DNA from: Eledone cirrhosa
Taxonomy: Eukaryota
NCBI GenBank assembly: GCA_964016885.1
Contig: CAXHJY010000818.1
Span: forward strand, 124,001 to 188,000
DNA length: 64,000 nt
Reading direction: 5' to 3'
Position numbers and translations under genes: made by a program. Positions within the stretch are counted from its first letter, which is position 1. Each line of letters opens with the position of its first letter. The notes below the pieces were generated by a model that was not told where the DNA came from, did no database searches, and saw only the letters and a list, made by a program, of their open reading frames with translations. This document shows positions 41,392 through 56,394 of the stretch, piece by piece.

Positions 41392-42954
41392 CTATAATAA
41401 ACAAATAGAAAAATAACAATTAACATCCTGTACCACATGAAACAGCATTAACAAGACATTCTTATAAAGTATAAAACAACATTATGACTACATCACATTA
41501 GCTCTTAATGTGGTAGTGGTGGTGTGTGGTTTGGTAGTGGTGATGATGGTGGTGGTGGTGTGTGGTATATGGTGGTGGTGGTGTGTGGTTTGGTGGTAGT
41601 GGTGATGATGGTAGTGTGTGTGGAGGTGGTGGTGAATTGTATATAATAATTATATTGTCAGAAAACACATTTCTGTTACATATTGGAAAGATAAAATTTT
41701 CTAATTTTAAGTAAAAACAAAACAAAACAAAACAAAAACAAGAATTTAAAAAAAAATCAAATCAATCGATTAATCATCTATTTGAGGAGTGGGGGGAGGG
41801 GAAGAGAGGGAGGGGGAGATAGGGAAGGGGGAGGAGGGGGTTGAAACCAGACCCTCCCCCATCACCCTCCTTCACACTAAAAACAAAAAAATATATATAT
41901 ATTTAAATAAAAAGAAATAAAACAAATTTTAAGATTTATATCAAATGTGTTAATGGAATACAATAATTTGGTTAGAAACAAACAACAACTCCACCCCACC
42001 AAACCCCCACCCCACCAAACCCCCGCCCCACTCACAACCCTCTAAAAATCCGAAAAAAAAAAAAAGAAAACCCTGAAATGAGAGAAAAGCCAGGAATTGA
42101 TTTCAAAATGTTATCAGAATTAGTCGATAGTTTCATGGAAGACAGCAGAAGTACTCAATACAGGTTTCCCCTTTACAGAGAACACAGGACAGTAACATTA
42201 GTCTTTCATAGTCTTTTATTTATTCTTGTATTGGGTTTCAGTCATTAGACCACGGTCATGCTGGAGCACTGGTGGTGGGGATTGTGGTGGTGGTGGTGGT
42301 GGGTAGTGGCGGGGGGGGGGAGTGGTTGTGTGCGTAGTGGGAGGTAGTGGGGGGGGGTAGTTGTGGTGGTGGTGGTGGAGGTGGGGCCGTGGTGGGGATA
42401 GTTGTGGTGGTGGTAGGGGTAGTGGCAGTGGTGGTGGTAGTGGCAGTGGTGGGGATAGTTGTGGTGGTTGTAGTGGTGGTGGTGGTGGAGATGGTGGTGG
42501 TAGTGGCGGTGGTGGGGACAGTGACACATGTGCCATGGGTTTGGTGAATCTTATGACTGGTTTAGCTTGAGACACAATGAAATGTTGACAGCAAAATGGG
42601 GGGGGGGGGGGGGGCGGGGGTTGATGTGAGAGAGTGAGGAGGAGAGTAGGAGGGTGAGAGAGTGAGAGAGAGGTAGAGAGAGTGAGAGAGAGGTAGAGAG
42701 AGAGTGAGAGAGAGGTAGAGAGAGAGAGTGAGAAAGGTAGAGAGAGAGAGTGAGAGAGAGGTAGAGAGAGGTAGAGAGAGGTAGAGAGAGGTAGAGAGAG
42801 TGAGAGAGAGGTAGAGAGAGTGAGAGAGAGGTAGAGAGAGTGAGAGAGAGGTAGAGAGAGAGAGGTAGAGAGAGTGAGTTATCCAATATAATTGCTAGCT
42901 ATTTGATAATTTCCATTAGATAAGATATTACATGTTATTTTTTTTTTATTGAAC

Positions 42955-45250
42955 ATCAACACCACTATCACTACTACAGCCAACACTACCACCACCACCA
43001 CTACCACCACTTTCACTACTACAGCCAACACTACCACCACCACCACTACCACCACTATCACTACTACAGCCAACACTACCACCACCACCACTACCACCAC
43101 TATCACTACTACAGCCAACACTACCACACCACTACCACCACCACCACTATCACTACTACAGCCAACACTACCACACCACTACCACCACCACCACTATCAC
43201 TACTACAGCCAACACTACCACACCACTACCACCACCACCACTATCACTACTACAGCCAACACTACCACACCACTACCACCACCACCACTATCACTACTAC
43301 AGCCAACACTACCACACCACTACCACCACCACCACTATCACTACTACAGCCAACACTACCACCACCACCACTATCACTACTACAGCCAACACTACCACAC
43401 CACTACCACCACCACCACTATCACTACTACAGCCAACACTACCACCACCACTATCACTACTACAGCCAACACTACCACACCACTACCACCACCACCACTA
43501 TCACTACTACAGCCAACACTACCACCACCACCACTACCACCACTATCACTACTACAGCCAACACTACCACACCACTATCACTACTACAGCCAACACTACC
43601 ACCACCACCACTACCACCACTTTCACTACTACAGCCAACACTACCACCACCACCACTACCACCACTATCACTACTACAGCCAACACTACCACCACCACCA
43701 CTACCACCACTTTCACTACTACAGCCAACACTACCACACCACTACCACCACCACTATCACTACTACAGCCAACACTACCACACCACTACCACCACCACCA
43801 CTATCACTACTACAGCCAACACTACCACACCACTACCACCACCACCACTATCACTACTACAGCCAACACTACCACCACCACCACTATCACTACTACAGCC
43901 AACACTACCACACCACTACCACCACCACCACTATCACTACTACAGCCAACACTACCACCACCACCACTACCACCACTATCACTACTACAGCCAACACTAC
44001 CACACCACTACCACCACCACCACTATCACTACTACAGCCAACACTACCACCACCACCACTACCACCACTATCACTACTACAGCCAACACTACCACACCAC
44101 TACCACCACCACCTCTATCACTACTACAGCCAACACTACCACACCACTACCACCACCACCACTATCACTACTACAGCCAACACTACCACACCACTACCAC
44201 CACCACCACTATCACTACTACAGCCAACACTACCACACCACTACCACCACCACCACTATCACTACTACAGCCAACACTACCACCACCACCACTATCACTA
44301 CTACAGCCAACACTACCACACCACTACCACCACCACCACTATCACTACCACAGCCAACACTACCACCACCACCACTACCACCACTATCACTACTACAGCC
44401 AACACTACCACACCACTACCACCACCACCACTATCACTACTACAGCCAACACTACCACTACCACCACTATCACTACTACAGCCAACACTACCACACTACT
44501 ACCACCACCACTACCACCACTATCACTACTACAGCCAACACTACCACACTACTACCACCACCACCACTATCACTACTTCAGCCAACACTACAACCACCAC
44601 CACTATCACTACTACAGCCAACACTACCACACTACTACCATCACCACCAATACCACTACTATACTACCACCACTAATACCACTACCACGACCACCAGTAC
44701 CACTACCAATACCACTACTACCACCATTAATACTACTACCACCACTACCTCCAATACCACCACCACCACCACTACCACCACCAATACCACTACTACCACC
44801 ACTACCACCACCAATACTACTACCGCCACCAATACCACCACCACTACTACCACCACTAATACTACTACCACCACCAATACTACTACCACCACCAATACCA
44901 CTACTACCACCACTAATACTACTACCACCAATACCACCACCACTACCACCACCAATACTACTACCACCACCAATACCACTACTACCACCACTAATACTAC
45001 TACTGCCACCAATACCACCACCACTACTACCACCACTAATACTACTACCACCAATACCACCACCAATACCACTACTACCACCACTAATACTACTACCACC
45101 ACCACCAATACCACTACTACCACCACCACTACTACCACCACCACGAATACCACTACTACCACCACCACTACCACTACCACCACCACCACCACCATCACTA
45201 CCACCACCTACCACCACCACTACCACCATCACCACCACCACCACTACCAA
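42955..45250. repeat. (CCA/CTA)-based compound minisatellite with recurring CACTATCACTACTACAGCCAACACTAC
   Basis: Direct reading. Confidence 0.93.
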
Positions 45251-47058
45251 TACCCTATTGACAGATTGACAGTTATCAATTGGAACAATCAAATATTTAT
45301 TTAATAGCAAATGGTAGTGATGGTGGTGGTGGTGGTAGTGGTGGTAGTGGTGGTGGTGGTGGTGGTAGTGGTGGTAGTGGTGGTGGTAGTGGTGGTAGTG
45401 GTGGTGGTGGTGGTGGTGGTGGTGGTAGTGGTGGTGGTGGTGGTGGTGGTGGTAGTGATGGTGGTGGTGGTAGTGATGGTGGTGGTGGTAGTGATGGTGG
45501 TGGTGATGGTGGTGGTGGTGGTGGTGGTGGTAGTGGTGGTAGTGGTGGTGGTGGTAGTGGTGGTGGTGGTGGTGGTGGTGGTGGTGGTAGTGGTGGTGGT
45601 GGTGGTGGTGGTGGTGGTAGTGATGGTGGTGGTGGTGATGGTGGTGGTAGTGATGGTGGTGGTAGTGATGGTGGTAGTGGTGGTGGAAGTGGTGGTGGTG
45701 GTGGTAGTGATGGTGGTGGTAGTGATGGTGATAGGTGCTGTTGCTGATGATGATTGTAGTGGTGACTATTGTTATAGACAGTTTGGTGGTGGTGGTGGTG
45801 GTGGTGGTGGTGGTGGGGAGAGTGACATAGTAATAGGCAGTTTATTGATGGTGGTGGTGGTGGTGGGTGTGATGGTGATAAATTGATGAACGTGATAATA
45901 TCTATTATGATGATGGCAGCTAGATTGATGATGATGATAGTGGTGAGGGTGGTGATGCTGGTGGTGGTGGTGACGGTGGTGATGGCAATGGTGATAATGC
46001 TGCTGATGACAAACACAGCCAGTCCTGTTATGACAATAACAATAGTCAAAAGTATTTTGATGTTGTTGATGATAAAACCATTAGTCATAGGTGATTTGAT
46101 AATTGTATTAAGGATGGTGGTGGTGGTGGTGGTGGTAGAGGTGGTGGTGGTAGATGTGGTGGTAGTGGTGGTAGATGTGATGGTAGTGGTAGAGGTGGTG
46201 GTAGTAGAGGTGGTGGTAGAAGTGGTGGTGGTAGAGGTGGTGGTGGTGGTAGAGGTGGTAGTGGTAGAGGTGGTGGTGGTGGTAGAAGTGGTGGTGGTAG
46301 AGGTGGTGGTGGTGGTAGAGGTGGTGGTGGTGGTAGAGGTGGTGGTGGTGGTAGAAGTGGTGGTGGTAGAGGTGGTGGTGGTGGTAGAGGTGGTAGTGGT
46401 AGAGGTGGTGGTTAGTGATTGTAGTGGTAGAGGTGGTGGTGGTAGTGGAATGTTCACTTTAGAAAAAAAAGTCCAGTTAATGAAGGAATGTTTCCATAGA
46501 TATGCATATATATATATATACACACACACAAACACACATATATATATACACACATATATATATATATATATATATACATACATACACACACACACATATA
46601 TATACACACACACATATATATATACATATATACACACACACACATATATATACACACACACACACACATATATATACATACATGTACACATATATGTACA
46701 CCAAACGCACACACAAATGCCCATACAGACACACACACAAACACATACACAGCATACTAGTGTCTGTGAAGAGGGTGTAGGGATGAAGAGAGGATGTGAA
46801 ATGTGAGGAGGGGGTGCAGGGGAGAAGATAAATCTATTTTGTGGTAATTGGAAATTTCATAATTAAAAATACAAAAAAAAAAAAATCCTACAACAGCAAT
46901 TTTACAGATATTGCGGCCACCAATAAAGAAAGCTATCCTTACAATAAATAACACACGACTCCCTCTCTCTTCCTCCCTCCATTACCTAGCAAACACTCCA
47001 TGTGGCTTTGCAAATTTCACTTGAAGGGGATACATTTGGACTAAATACCAAACATTAA

Positions 47059-49212
47059 CCCTTTAGTATTTAAACCAGCTGTAACCAGCCAGAATTCTCT
47101 CCCCTCTTTCTGTTTAAACTGGCCACTCATACTGACGTTAAGGTATTGTTCTCAAAATAAATAATATCAAAATCTTATAGATTCGATATTAAGTGAGATA
47201 ATTATGTGAGATAAAGCCTTTACTGTGAAAATACAATAGTATATATAGAGTAATGTAAATGTTATGTGAGATATTATGTGAGATAAAGCCTTTACTGTGA
47301 AAATACAATAGTATATATAGAGTAATGTAAATGTTATGTGAGATATTATGTGAGATAAAGCCTTTACTGTGAAAATACAATAGTATATATAGAGTAATGT
47401 AAATGTTATGTGAGATATTATGTGAGGTAAAGCCTTTACTGTGAAAATACAATAGTATATATAGAGTAATGTAAATGTTATGTGAGATATTATGTGAGAT
47501 AAAGCCTTTACTGTGAAAATACAATAGTATATATAGAGTAATGTAAATGTTATGCGAGATATTATGTGAGATAAAGCCTTTACCATGAAAATACAATAGT
47601 ATATATAGAGTAATGTAAATGTTATGTGAGGTATTATGTGAGATAAAGCCTTTACTGTGACAATACAATAGTATATATAGAGTAATGTAAATGTTATGCG
47701 AGATATTATGTGAGATAAAGCCTTTACCATGAAAATACAATAGTATATATAGAGTAATGTAAATGTTATGTGAGGTATTATGTGAGATAAAGCCTTTACT
47801 GTGACAATACAATAGTATATATAGAGTAATGTAAATGTTATGCGAGGTATTATGTGAGGTAAAGCCTTTACTGTGAAAATACAATAGTATATATAGAGTA
47901 ATGTAAATGTTATGTGAGATAATTATGTGAGGTAAAGCCTTTACTGTGAAAATACAATAGTATATATAGAGTAATGTAAATGTTATGTGAGATATTATGT
48001 GAGGTAAAGCCTTTACCATGAAAATACAATAGTATATATAGAGTAATGTAAATGTTATGTGAGATATTATGTGAGGTAAAGCCTTTACCATGAAAATACA
48101 ATAGTATATATAGAGTAATGTAAATGTTATGTGAGATATTATGTGAGGTAAAGCCTTTACCATGAAAATACAATAGTATATATAGAGTAATGTAAATGTT
48201 ATATGAGATATTATGTGAGGTAAAGCCTTTACCATGAAAATACAATAGTATATATAGAGTAATGTAAATGTTATGTGAGATATTATGTGAGGTAAAGCCT
48301 TTACTGTGAAAATACAATAGTATATATAGAGTAATGTAAATGGTATATGAGATATTATGTAAGGTAAAGCCTTTACCATGAAAATACAATAGTATATATA
48401 GAGTAATGTAAATGTTATGAGATATTATGTAAGGTAAAGCCTTTACTGTGACAATACAATAGTATATATAGAGTAATGTAAATGGTATGTGAGATATTAT
48501 GTGAGGTAAAGCCTTTACTGTGAAAATACAATAGTATATATAGAGTAATGTAAATGTTATGTGAGATATTATGTGAGGTAAAGCCTTTACTGTGAAAATA
48601 CAATAGTACATATAGAGTAATGTAAATGTTATGTGAGGTATTATGTGAGGTAAAGCCTTTACTGTGAAAATACAATAGTACATATAGAGTAATGTAAATG
48701 TTATGTGAGATATTATGTGAGGTAAAGCCTTTACTGTGAAAATACAATAGTATATATAGAGTAATGTAAATGTTATGTGAGATATTATGTGAGGTAAAGC
48801 CTTTACTGTGAAAATACAATAGTATATATAGAGTAATGTAAATGTTATGGGAGATATTATGTGAGGTAAAGCCTTTACTGTGAAAATATAATAGTATATA
48901 TAGAGTAATGTAAATGTTATGTGAGGTATTATGTGAGGTAAAGCCTTTACTGCGAAAATATAATAGTATATATAGAGTAATGTAAATGTTATGTGGGATA
49001 TTATGTGAGGTAAAGCCTTTACTGTGAAAATACAATAGTATATATAGAGTAATGTAAATGTTATGTGAGATATTATGTGAGGTAAAGCCTTTACTGTGAA
49101 AATACAATAGTATATATAGAGTAATGTAAATGTTATGTGAGATATTATGTGAGGTAAAGCCTTTACTGTGAAAATACAATAGTATATATAGAGTAATGTA
49201 AATGGTAAAGGG
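47059..49212 (+). mobile_element. MITE family A inflated to 2.15 kb by about 28 tandem copies of a 72-bp subterminal unit
   Basis: TTAA-CCCTTTAGTATTTA...TAAATGGTAAAGGG-TTAA ends retained; 24-aa periodicity in the ORF track; array at about 47190-49205. Confidence 0.92.
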
Positions 49213-49335
49213 TTAACTGACCGATTCCTTTTTATGCCAGTTGCCATTTAGATAGATGATGTCTTCTGTCATCGGACTGAAAGAGTTAATACTGCGATCT
49301 AGGTCACACGTGTAACACAACACTGCAATGTAGGT

Positions 49336-49950
49336 CACAGCTGAGATATACCCACCACAGCTGAGATATACCCCACCATAGCTGAGATATACCCTACCAC
49401 AGCTGAGATATACCCATCACAGCTGAGATATACCCACCACAGCTGAGATATACCCATCACAGCTGAGATATACCCACCACAGCTGAGATATACCCATCAC
49501 AGCTGAGATATACCCATCACAGCTAAGATATACCCCACCACAGCTGAGATATACCCCACCACAGCTGAGATATACCTACCACAGCTGAGATATACCCATC
49601 ACAGCTGAGATATACCCACCACAGCTGAGATATACCCATCACAGCTGAGATATACCCCATCATAGCTGAGATATACCCCATCATAGCTGAGATATACCCC
49701 ACCACAGCTGAGATATACCCCACCATAGCTGAGATATACCCCCACCACAGCTGAGATATACCCACCACAGCTGAGATATACCCCACCATAGCTGAGATAT
49801 ACCCCACCACAGCTGAGATATACCCACCATAGCTGAGATATACCCCACCATAGCTGAGATATACCCCACCACAGCTGAGATATACCCACCATAGCTGAGA
49901 TATACCCACCACAGCTGAGATATACCCACCACAGCTGAGATATACCCCCC
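49336..49950. repeat. 20-22-bp minisatellite (CACAGCTGAGATATACCCAC)n, about 30 copies
   Basis: Direct reading. Confidence 0.95.
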
Positions 49951-50922
49951 TAGACTGAAATATTGAATCTGTTGCTCCCCCCACCCCTCCCCTTTTTGTT
50001 ATTTAGTTTGTTGGATTGTTTTTACTTTCTTTTTTTTTTTAATGGCAGCCATTATATAATCCAAGTGAAATTTCTTGAATAAAATCCATTCATTTATAAA
50101 ACCAATATTTTACAAATTTCTCCAAATTCTTGATTATATTGAAAATGATTTGAAAATCATCGGTAGTGTTTATGGCGGAGGAATTATGGTGGAGGAATAT
50201 AGTAGAGGAATTATGGTGGAGGAATATGGTGGAGGAATATGGTAAAAGAATTATGGTGGAGGAATATGGTAAAAGAATTGTCGTGGAGGAATATGGTGGA
50301 GGAATATGGTAAAAGAATTATGGTGGAGGAATATGGTAGAAGAATTGTCGTGGAGGAATATGGTGGAGGAATATGGTAAAAGAATTATGGTGGAGGAATA
50401 TGGTAAAGAATTCATCATCATCATCGTGGTAAAGAAATATGGTAAAGAAAGGGTTAATAAACCATTATATTTGATATCTATTCCATGGTTGCTAAAACTC
50501 TGAGTTACAGCAGTCTCCCCAACTTTTACTGCTACACAATACTTGTTGTGCTTTAAACATTAAAACCTGCTTCACTAGATTCCATTAGTTTCTCATGTTC
50601 GTGCTGTGTTGATATATTACTAATATATGGTATGTGTGTATGTCAGTGTATGGGTATATGTATATATAAGTGTGTGTGTGTGTGTGTATGTATATATGAG
50701 TGTATGTGTGTGTGTGTGTGTGTGTATATGTAAGTGTAGGGATCAGCGTGAGCTTAGCTATGATGGCTAAAACAATCTCTAGAACACACACACACACACA
50801 TTAGATACATAAGGGAGAGAGATGAGAGGAGGGGGACTAGAGGAGAGAGATAGAGAGAGAGGGGAGAGAGAGAGAATTCACTATTGCAGAAAATGAAAAT
50901 GAATGTGATTATATGTATATAT

Positions 50923-50962
<40 letters not shown>

Positions 50963-51363
50963 TGCACATGCATGTGTGTATGTTTGTAAATATATATAAT
51001 GTACACATGTACACGCACACATCCTTCCAAACACACACACACACACACGTGTACATAAGATATCTTGCATTCACTCTCATTTTCTGCCATAGTGAGGAGA
51101 TCTTTTAGTGTCAGACCAATTATTTTCACAGCTGGATGACCAGATGATGATTGTTCAGTCATCTGTAACATAGGAGTGGAACCTGTATTTAATTAGTCAG
51201 GTAAACCTGAGTAGACAGAGATAGGTGTTCTGTTCTGTTCAGGTGCAACAGACAAATGTCAGAAGCTGGATGTAAACTTATGATTGATACAATCTGAAAT
51301 TCTGCATCTTAACCCTTTTCTTTTTGTCTGTATTAGGCTTCTGTAGATTCTTCTGTATCTTAA

Positions 51364-51788
51364 CCCTTTCAGCATTTAAACCAACCATATACGGCCACAA
51401 TTCTCTCACCTCTTTCTGTTCAAACTGTCCGTAACCGACCACTCATACTTATGTTAAACTATTGTTCTCAGAATAAATAATATCAACATCTCATAGATTT
51501 GATATTATGTGAGGTAAAGCCTTTACTGTGAAAATACAATAGTATATCTCGAGTAATGTAAATGTTATGTGAGATATTATGTGAGGTAAAGCCTTTACTG
51601 TGAAAATACAATAGTATATATAGAGTAATGTAAATGTTATGTGAGATATTATGTGAGGTAAAGCCTTTATTGTGAAAATACAATAGTATATATAGAGTAA
51701 TGTAAATGTTATGTGAGATATTATGTGAGGTAAAGCCTTTACTGTGAAAATACAATAGTATATATAGAGTAATGTAAATGCTAAAGGG
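51364..51788 (+). mobile_element. MITE family A with about 4 copies of the 72-bp unit
   Basis: TTAA-CCCTTTCAGCATTTA...TAAATGCTAAAGGG-TTAA. Confidence 0.9.
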
Positions 51789-51924
51789 TTAACCCTTTCG
51801 TTTTTGTCCGTGTTGGGCTTCTGTTGGTTCTGATAAGGGGTGTAGCAGTTTTTTGGACCAACAACACAGCCTGCTTGTGTGACATTAAAATGATGGTTGT
51901 AGTCTAGTTGGTATATCTCAGCTG

Positions 51925-52389
51925 TATGTGCTAGGTCTAGTGTGTGTGTGTGTGTGTGTGCTAGGTCTACTGTGTGTGTGTGTGTGTGCTAGGTCTACTG
52001 TGTGTGTGCTAGGTCTACTGTGTGTATGTGCTAGGTCTACTGTGTGTGTGCTAGGTCTACTGTGTGTGTGTGCTAGGTCTACTGTGTGTGTATGTGCTAG
52101 GTCTACTGTGTGTGTATGTACTAGGTGTACTGTGTGTGTGTGAGTGTGCTAGATCTACTGTGTGTGTGTGTGTGTGCGTGTACTAGGTCTACTGTGTGTA
52201 TGTGCTAGGTCTACTGTGTGTGTGTGCTAGGTCTACTGTGTGTGTATGTGCTAGGTCTACTGTGTGTGTGAGTGTGCTAGATCTACTGTGTGTGTGTGTG
52301 TGTGTGTGCTAGGTCTACTGTGTGTATGTGCTAGATCTACTATGTGTGTGTGTGTGTGTGCTAGCTCTACTGTGTGTATGTGCTTGGTC

Positions 52390-52420
<31 letters not shown>

Positions 52421-52445
52421 CTAGCTCTACTGTGTGTGTGTGTGT
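51925..52445. repeat. (GCTAGGTCTAC(TG)n) compound minisatellite
   Basis: Direct reading. Confidence 0.9.
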
Positions 52446-52782
52446 CATTGTGTTTATCCTCAGCCAAAATGGAGAATAACAAGAAAAAGAAAAACTAGAA
52501 AAGCTGAAATAAAATGGAAGAAAGATAACAAAGTCAAATAACTGATAAGATTAAACCTACAAGACAACTGATGTAGGTGTGTATATATAGGTGTGTATAT
52601 ATATAGGTGTGTATGTATATAGGTGTGTATGTATATGTGTGTATGCATAGGTGTGTATGCATAGGTGTGTATGCATAGGTGTGTATATATAGGTGTATAT
52701 ATATATAGGTGTGTATATATATATATAGTCCCACATATATACTTATATACACCTACAAGACAACTGATGTGTGTGTATGGGG

Positions 52783-52849
<67 letters not shown>

Positions 52850-52905
52850 GCCCTACATGTGTATGTAGAAGTAAATAAGTATATGTGTGTATATGTATAT
52901 ATATA

Positions 52906-52961
<56 letters not shown>

Positions 52962-53156
52962 CGTATATATATACTCAGACCCACATATATTATACATGCA
53001 TATATACACACTGCCCCATCACAGGTGTATATAGAAGTAAATATCTAACACACATACCTTCTCTTTCTGAGACAATCATTGTAAATCATTAGACTTGTTT
53101 ATGTCAGTAAAAGTACTGAATACCACCTCTAACACACACACACACACACATGTGAA

Positions 53157-53279
<123 letters not shown>

Positions 53280-53555
53280 ATATTTATTAAAATAACAGAT
53301 TTATACATATATATATATATATATACACACACTGGTGTATGAATCAGTAAATATATATCTGTATATATATATATACTCAGAACCACATATATTATACATA
53401 CATGCATATATATACACACAGTTCCATCACAGGTGTGTATAGAAGTAAATGGATTTTAGTCTTCACATTTATTATTATTATTACTATATATATATATATA
53501 TATATAGATAGAGAGAGATGTGTATATATATATACACATATATACATACACACAT

Positions 53556-53597
<42 letters not shown>

Positions 53598-53834
53598 TGT
53601 GTATATATATATATACACACATTATATATATATATATATATTATATATATATAATGTATATATATATATATATATATAATGTATATATATATATAATGTA
53701 TATATATATATATAGTTAAATATACATGGGTGTGTATGATTGTGTATAGAAGATTATATTAATAAAAGGAATTCCAACTTTGTCTGATTTACTCGTTTTA
53801 TTTACAATCTATATATACACATCTATATACTCCT

Positions 53835-53904
<70 letters not shown>

Positions 53905-54144
53905 CAATAACTGTCTAGCCAATAGTAATGTGTACTTAACATAAATTTCTTACTAGTTCCACAGTTCCACTCTTACTAATCCCTCACCGTATTCTAAGAC
54001 ACAACCAACAGACTTTTTCAAATCAGATTGGAAAATATCAAGAATTTGAAAAAATTTAGTAAAATATCTAATGTTCTCCTTCTTTATCTGTTGTTCTGTA
54101 CATAAATACAGTTCTGCAGTTAAACAGAAACCAGATAAAGGGGA

Positions 54145-55018
54145 CAGCTGTAGCCTGATGAAGGATGTCAACGCTCTGCCAACAGCTGTGGCCTGATGAA
54201 GTATGTCAACTCTCTGCCAACAGCTGTGGCCTGATGAAGGATGTCAACGCTCTGCCAACAACTGTGGCCTGATGAAGGATGTCAACTCTCTGCCAACAGC
54301 TGTAGCCTGATGAAGGATGTCAACTCTCTGCCAACAGCTGTGGCCTGATGAAGTATGTCAACTCTCTGCCAACAGCTGTAGCCTGATGAAGGATGTCAAC
54401 TCTCTGCCAACAGCTGTGGCCTGATGAAGTATGTCAACTCTCTGCCAACAGCTGTAGCCTGATGAAGTATGTCAACTCTCTGCCAACAGCTGTAGCCTGA
54501 TGAAGGATGTCAACGCTCTGCCAACAGCTGTGGCCTGATGAAGGATGTCAACTCTCTGCCAACAGCTGTAGCCTGATGAAGGATGTCAACTCTCTGCCAA
54601 CAGCTGTGGCCTGATGAAGGATGTCAACTCTCTGCCAACAGCTGTGGCCTGATGAAGGATGTCAACTCTCTGCCAACAGCTGTGGCCTGATGAAGTATGT
54701 CAACTCTCTGCCAACAGCTGTGGCCTGATGAAGTATGTCAACTCTCTGCCAACAGCTGTGGCCTGATGAAGTATGTCAACTCTCTGCCACACAGCTGTGG
54801 CCTGATGAAGTATGTCAACTATCTGCCAACAGCTGTGGCCTGATGAAGGATGTCAACTCTCTGCCAACAGCTGTGGCCTGATGAAGGATGTCAACTCTCT
54901 GCCAACAGCTGTGGCCTGATGAAGGATGTCAACTCTCTGCCAACAGCTGTGGCCTGATGAAGGATGTCAACGCTCTGCCAACAGCTGTGGCCTGATGAAG
55001 AATGTCAACGCTCTGCCA
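54145..55018 (+). repeat. 38-bp minisatellite (CAGCTGTRGCCTGATGAAGKATGTCAACTCTCTGCCAA)n, about 23 copies
   Basis: Direct reading; each unit contains CTGATGA and the palindrome ACAGCTGT. Confidence 0.96.
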
Positions 55019-55413
55019 GCATAAAGGGATTGTTTTTTTGTTAATTTAGTTTGTTTGTTTGAGAGAACTGGTAGAGCTGGTAGAACATCAGAAGAAATAT
55101 ATTGTGATGTTTGTTCTAGCTTTTTACGTTCCTGTTTTTCAAACCTGACCCAAGATGTGTATGTGTGTGTGTGGGTGTGTATGTGTGTGTGTGTGTGTGT
55201 GGGGGGGGGCTGTATGTTGTTCTGGTTTTATTATTTTATTTATTTTATAAATTTTCACCATTAGAGTGAGAGAGAGTTATAGATAGATAGATAGAGTGAG
55301 ACAGAGAGAGAGAGAGAGAGTGAGAGAGAGAGAGACAGAGAGAGAGAGAGCTGGTTTCTAACACAGAAGCAAGACTCTTTTATATTGGAATATTGACAAC
55401 ATCAACTAGGTAA

Positions 55414-55464
<51 letters not shown>

Positions 55465-55552
55465 GATAAGGAGGTTATTGTATGTGCAGATCTGTATGTT
55501 TATAAATTTTCACCATTAGAGCGAGAGAGAGTTATAGATAGATAGATAGAGT

Positions 55553-55606
<54 letters not shown>

Positions 55607-55669
55607 ATTTCTGACTTATTTAAGAATTATATCATACATTTTTAAAAATGTGTGTGTATGTTTATACAA

Positions 55670-55700
<31 letters not shown>

Positions 55701-55701
55701 T

Positions 55702-55740
<39 letters not shown>

Positions 55741-56363
55741 TATATATATATATACAAAATTATTGCTCAACAATTCTATATGCATGTATTTAAAGGTTTA
55801 CATAATTATCACTCAAGAACTAAATATAACTATATATGTGAATGTGTGTCTGTGTGTATGTGTGTGTCTGTGTATATGTGTCTATGTCTATGTGTGTATG
55901 TGTGTCTATGTCTATGTGTATATGTGTGTCTGTGTGTGTATGTGTATCTATGTATATATGTGTGTCTATGTCTATGTGTCTATATGTATATATGTATATA
56001 TGTGTGTATGTGTATCTATGTATCTATGTGTATATGTGTGTCTATGTGTATATGTGTGTCTATATAAGCATCTGCACATTAACCCACGTAAAATCTAAGA
56101 AAAAATATAATAATAATAAAACTAATAAACATCCAAAACCTCAACTCACGGTAAAATATATACATATATATACATATATATAAACGTACATATATAAGCA
56201 TACATATATATATATACATATATACATATATAAGCATACATATATATATATACATACATACATATATAAGCATACATATATATACATACATACATACATA
56301 TATAAGCATACATATACATACATATATAAGCATACATATATATACATACATATATAAGCATAC

Positions 56364-56394
<31 letters not shown>

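Noticed and set aside
46986-47050. Candidate RYK exon 1 ending ...MECLL-G|gtaat on minus
   Set aside because: In-frame TGA 11 codons upstream and no signal peptide; exon 1 probably lies beyond the window.
53953-54171. 72-aa minus ORF containing TAELYL, similar to the WIF start
   Set aside because: Similarity limited to a few residues, starts in a satellite, and no consistent splice sites.
54145-55018. CRISPR-like appearance of regular arrays (also 22234, 25081, 47190)
   Set aside because: Head-to-tail units without unique spacers, no cas genes, eukaryotic intron context.
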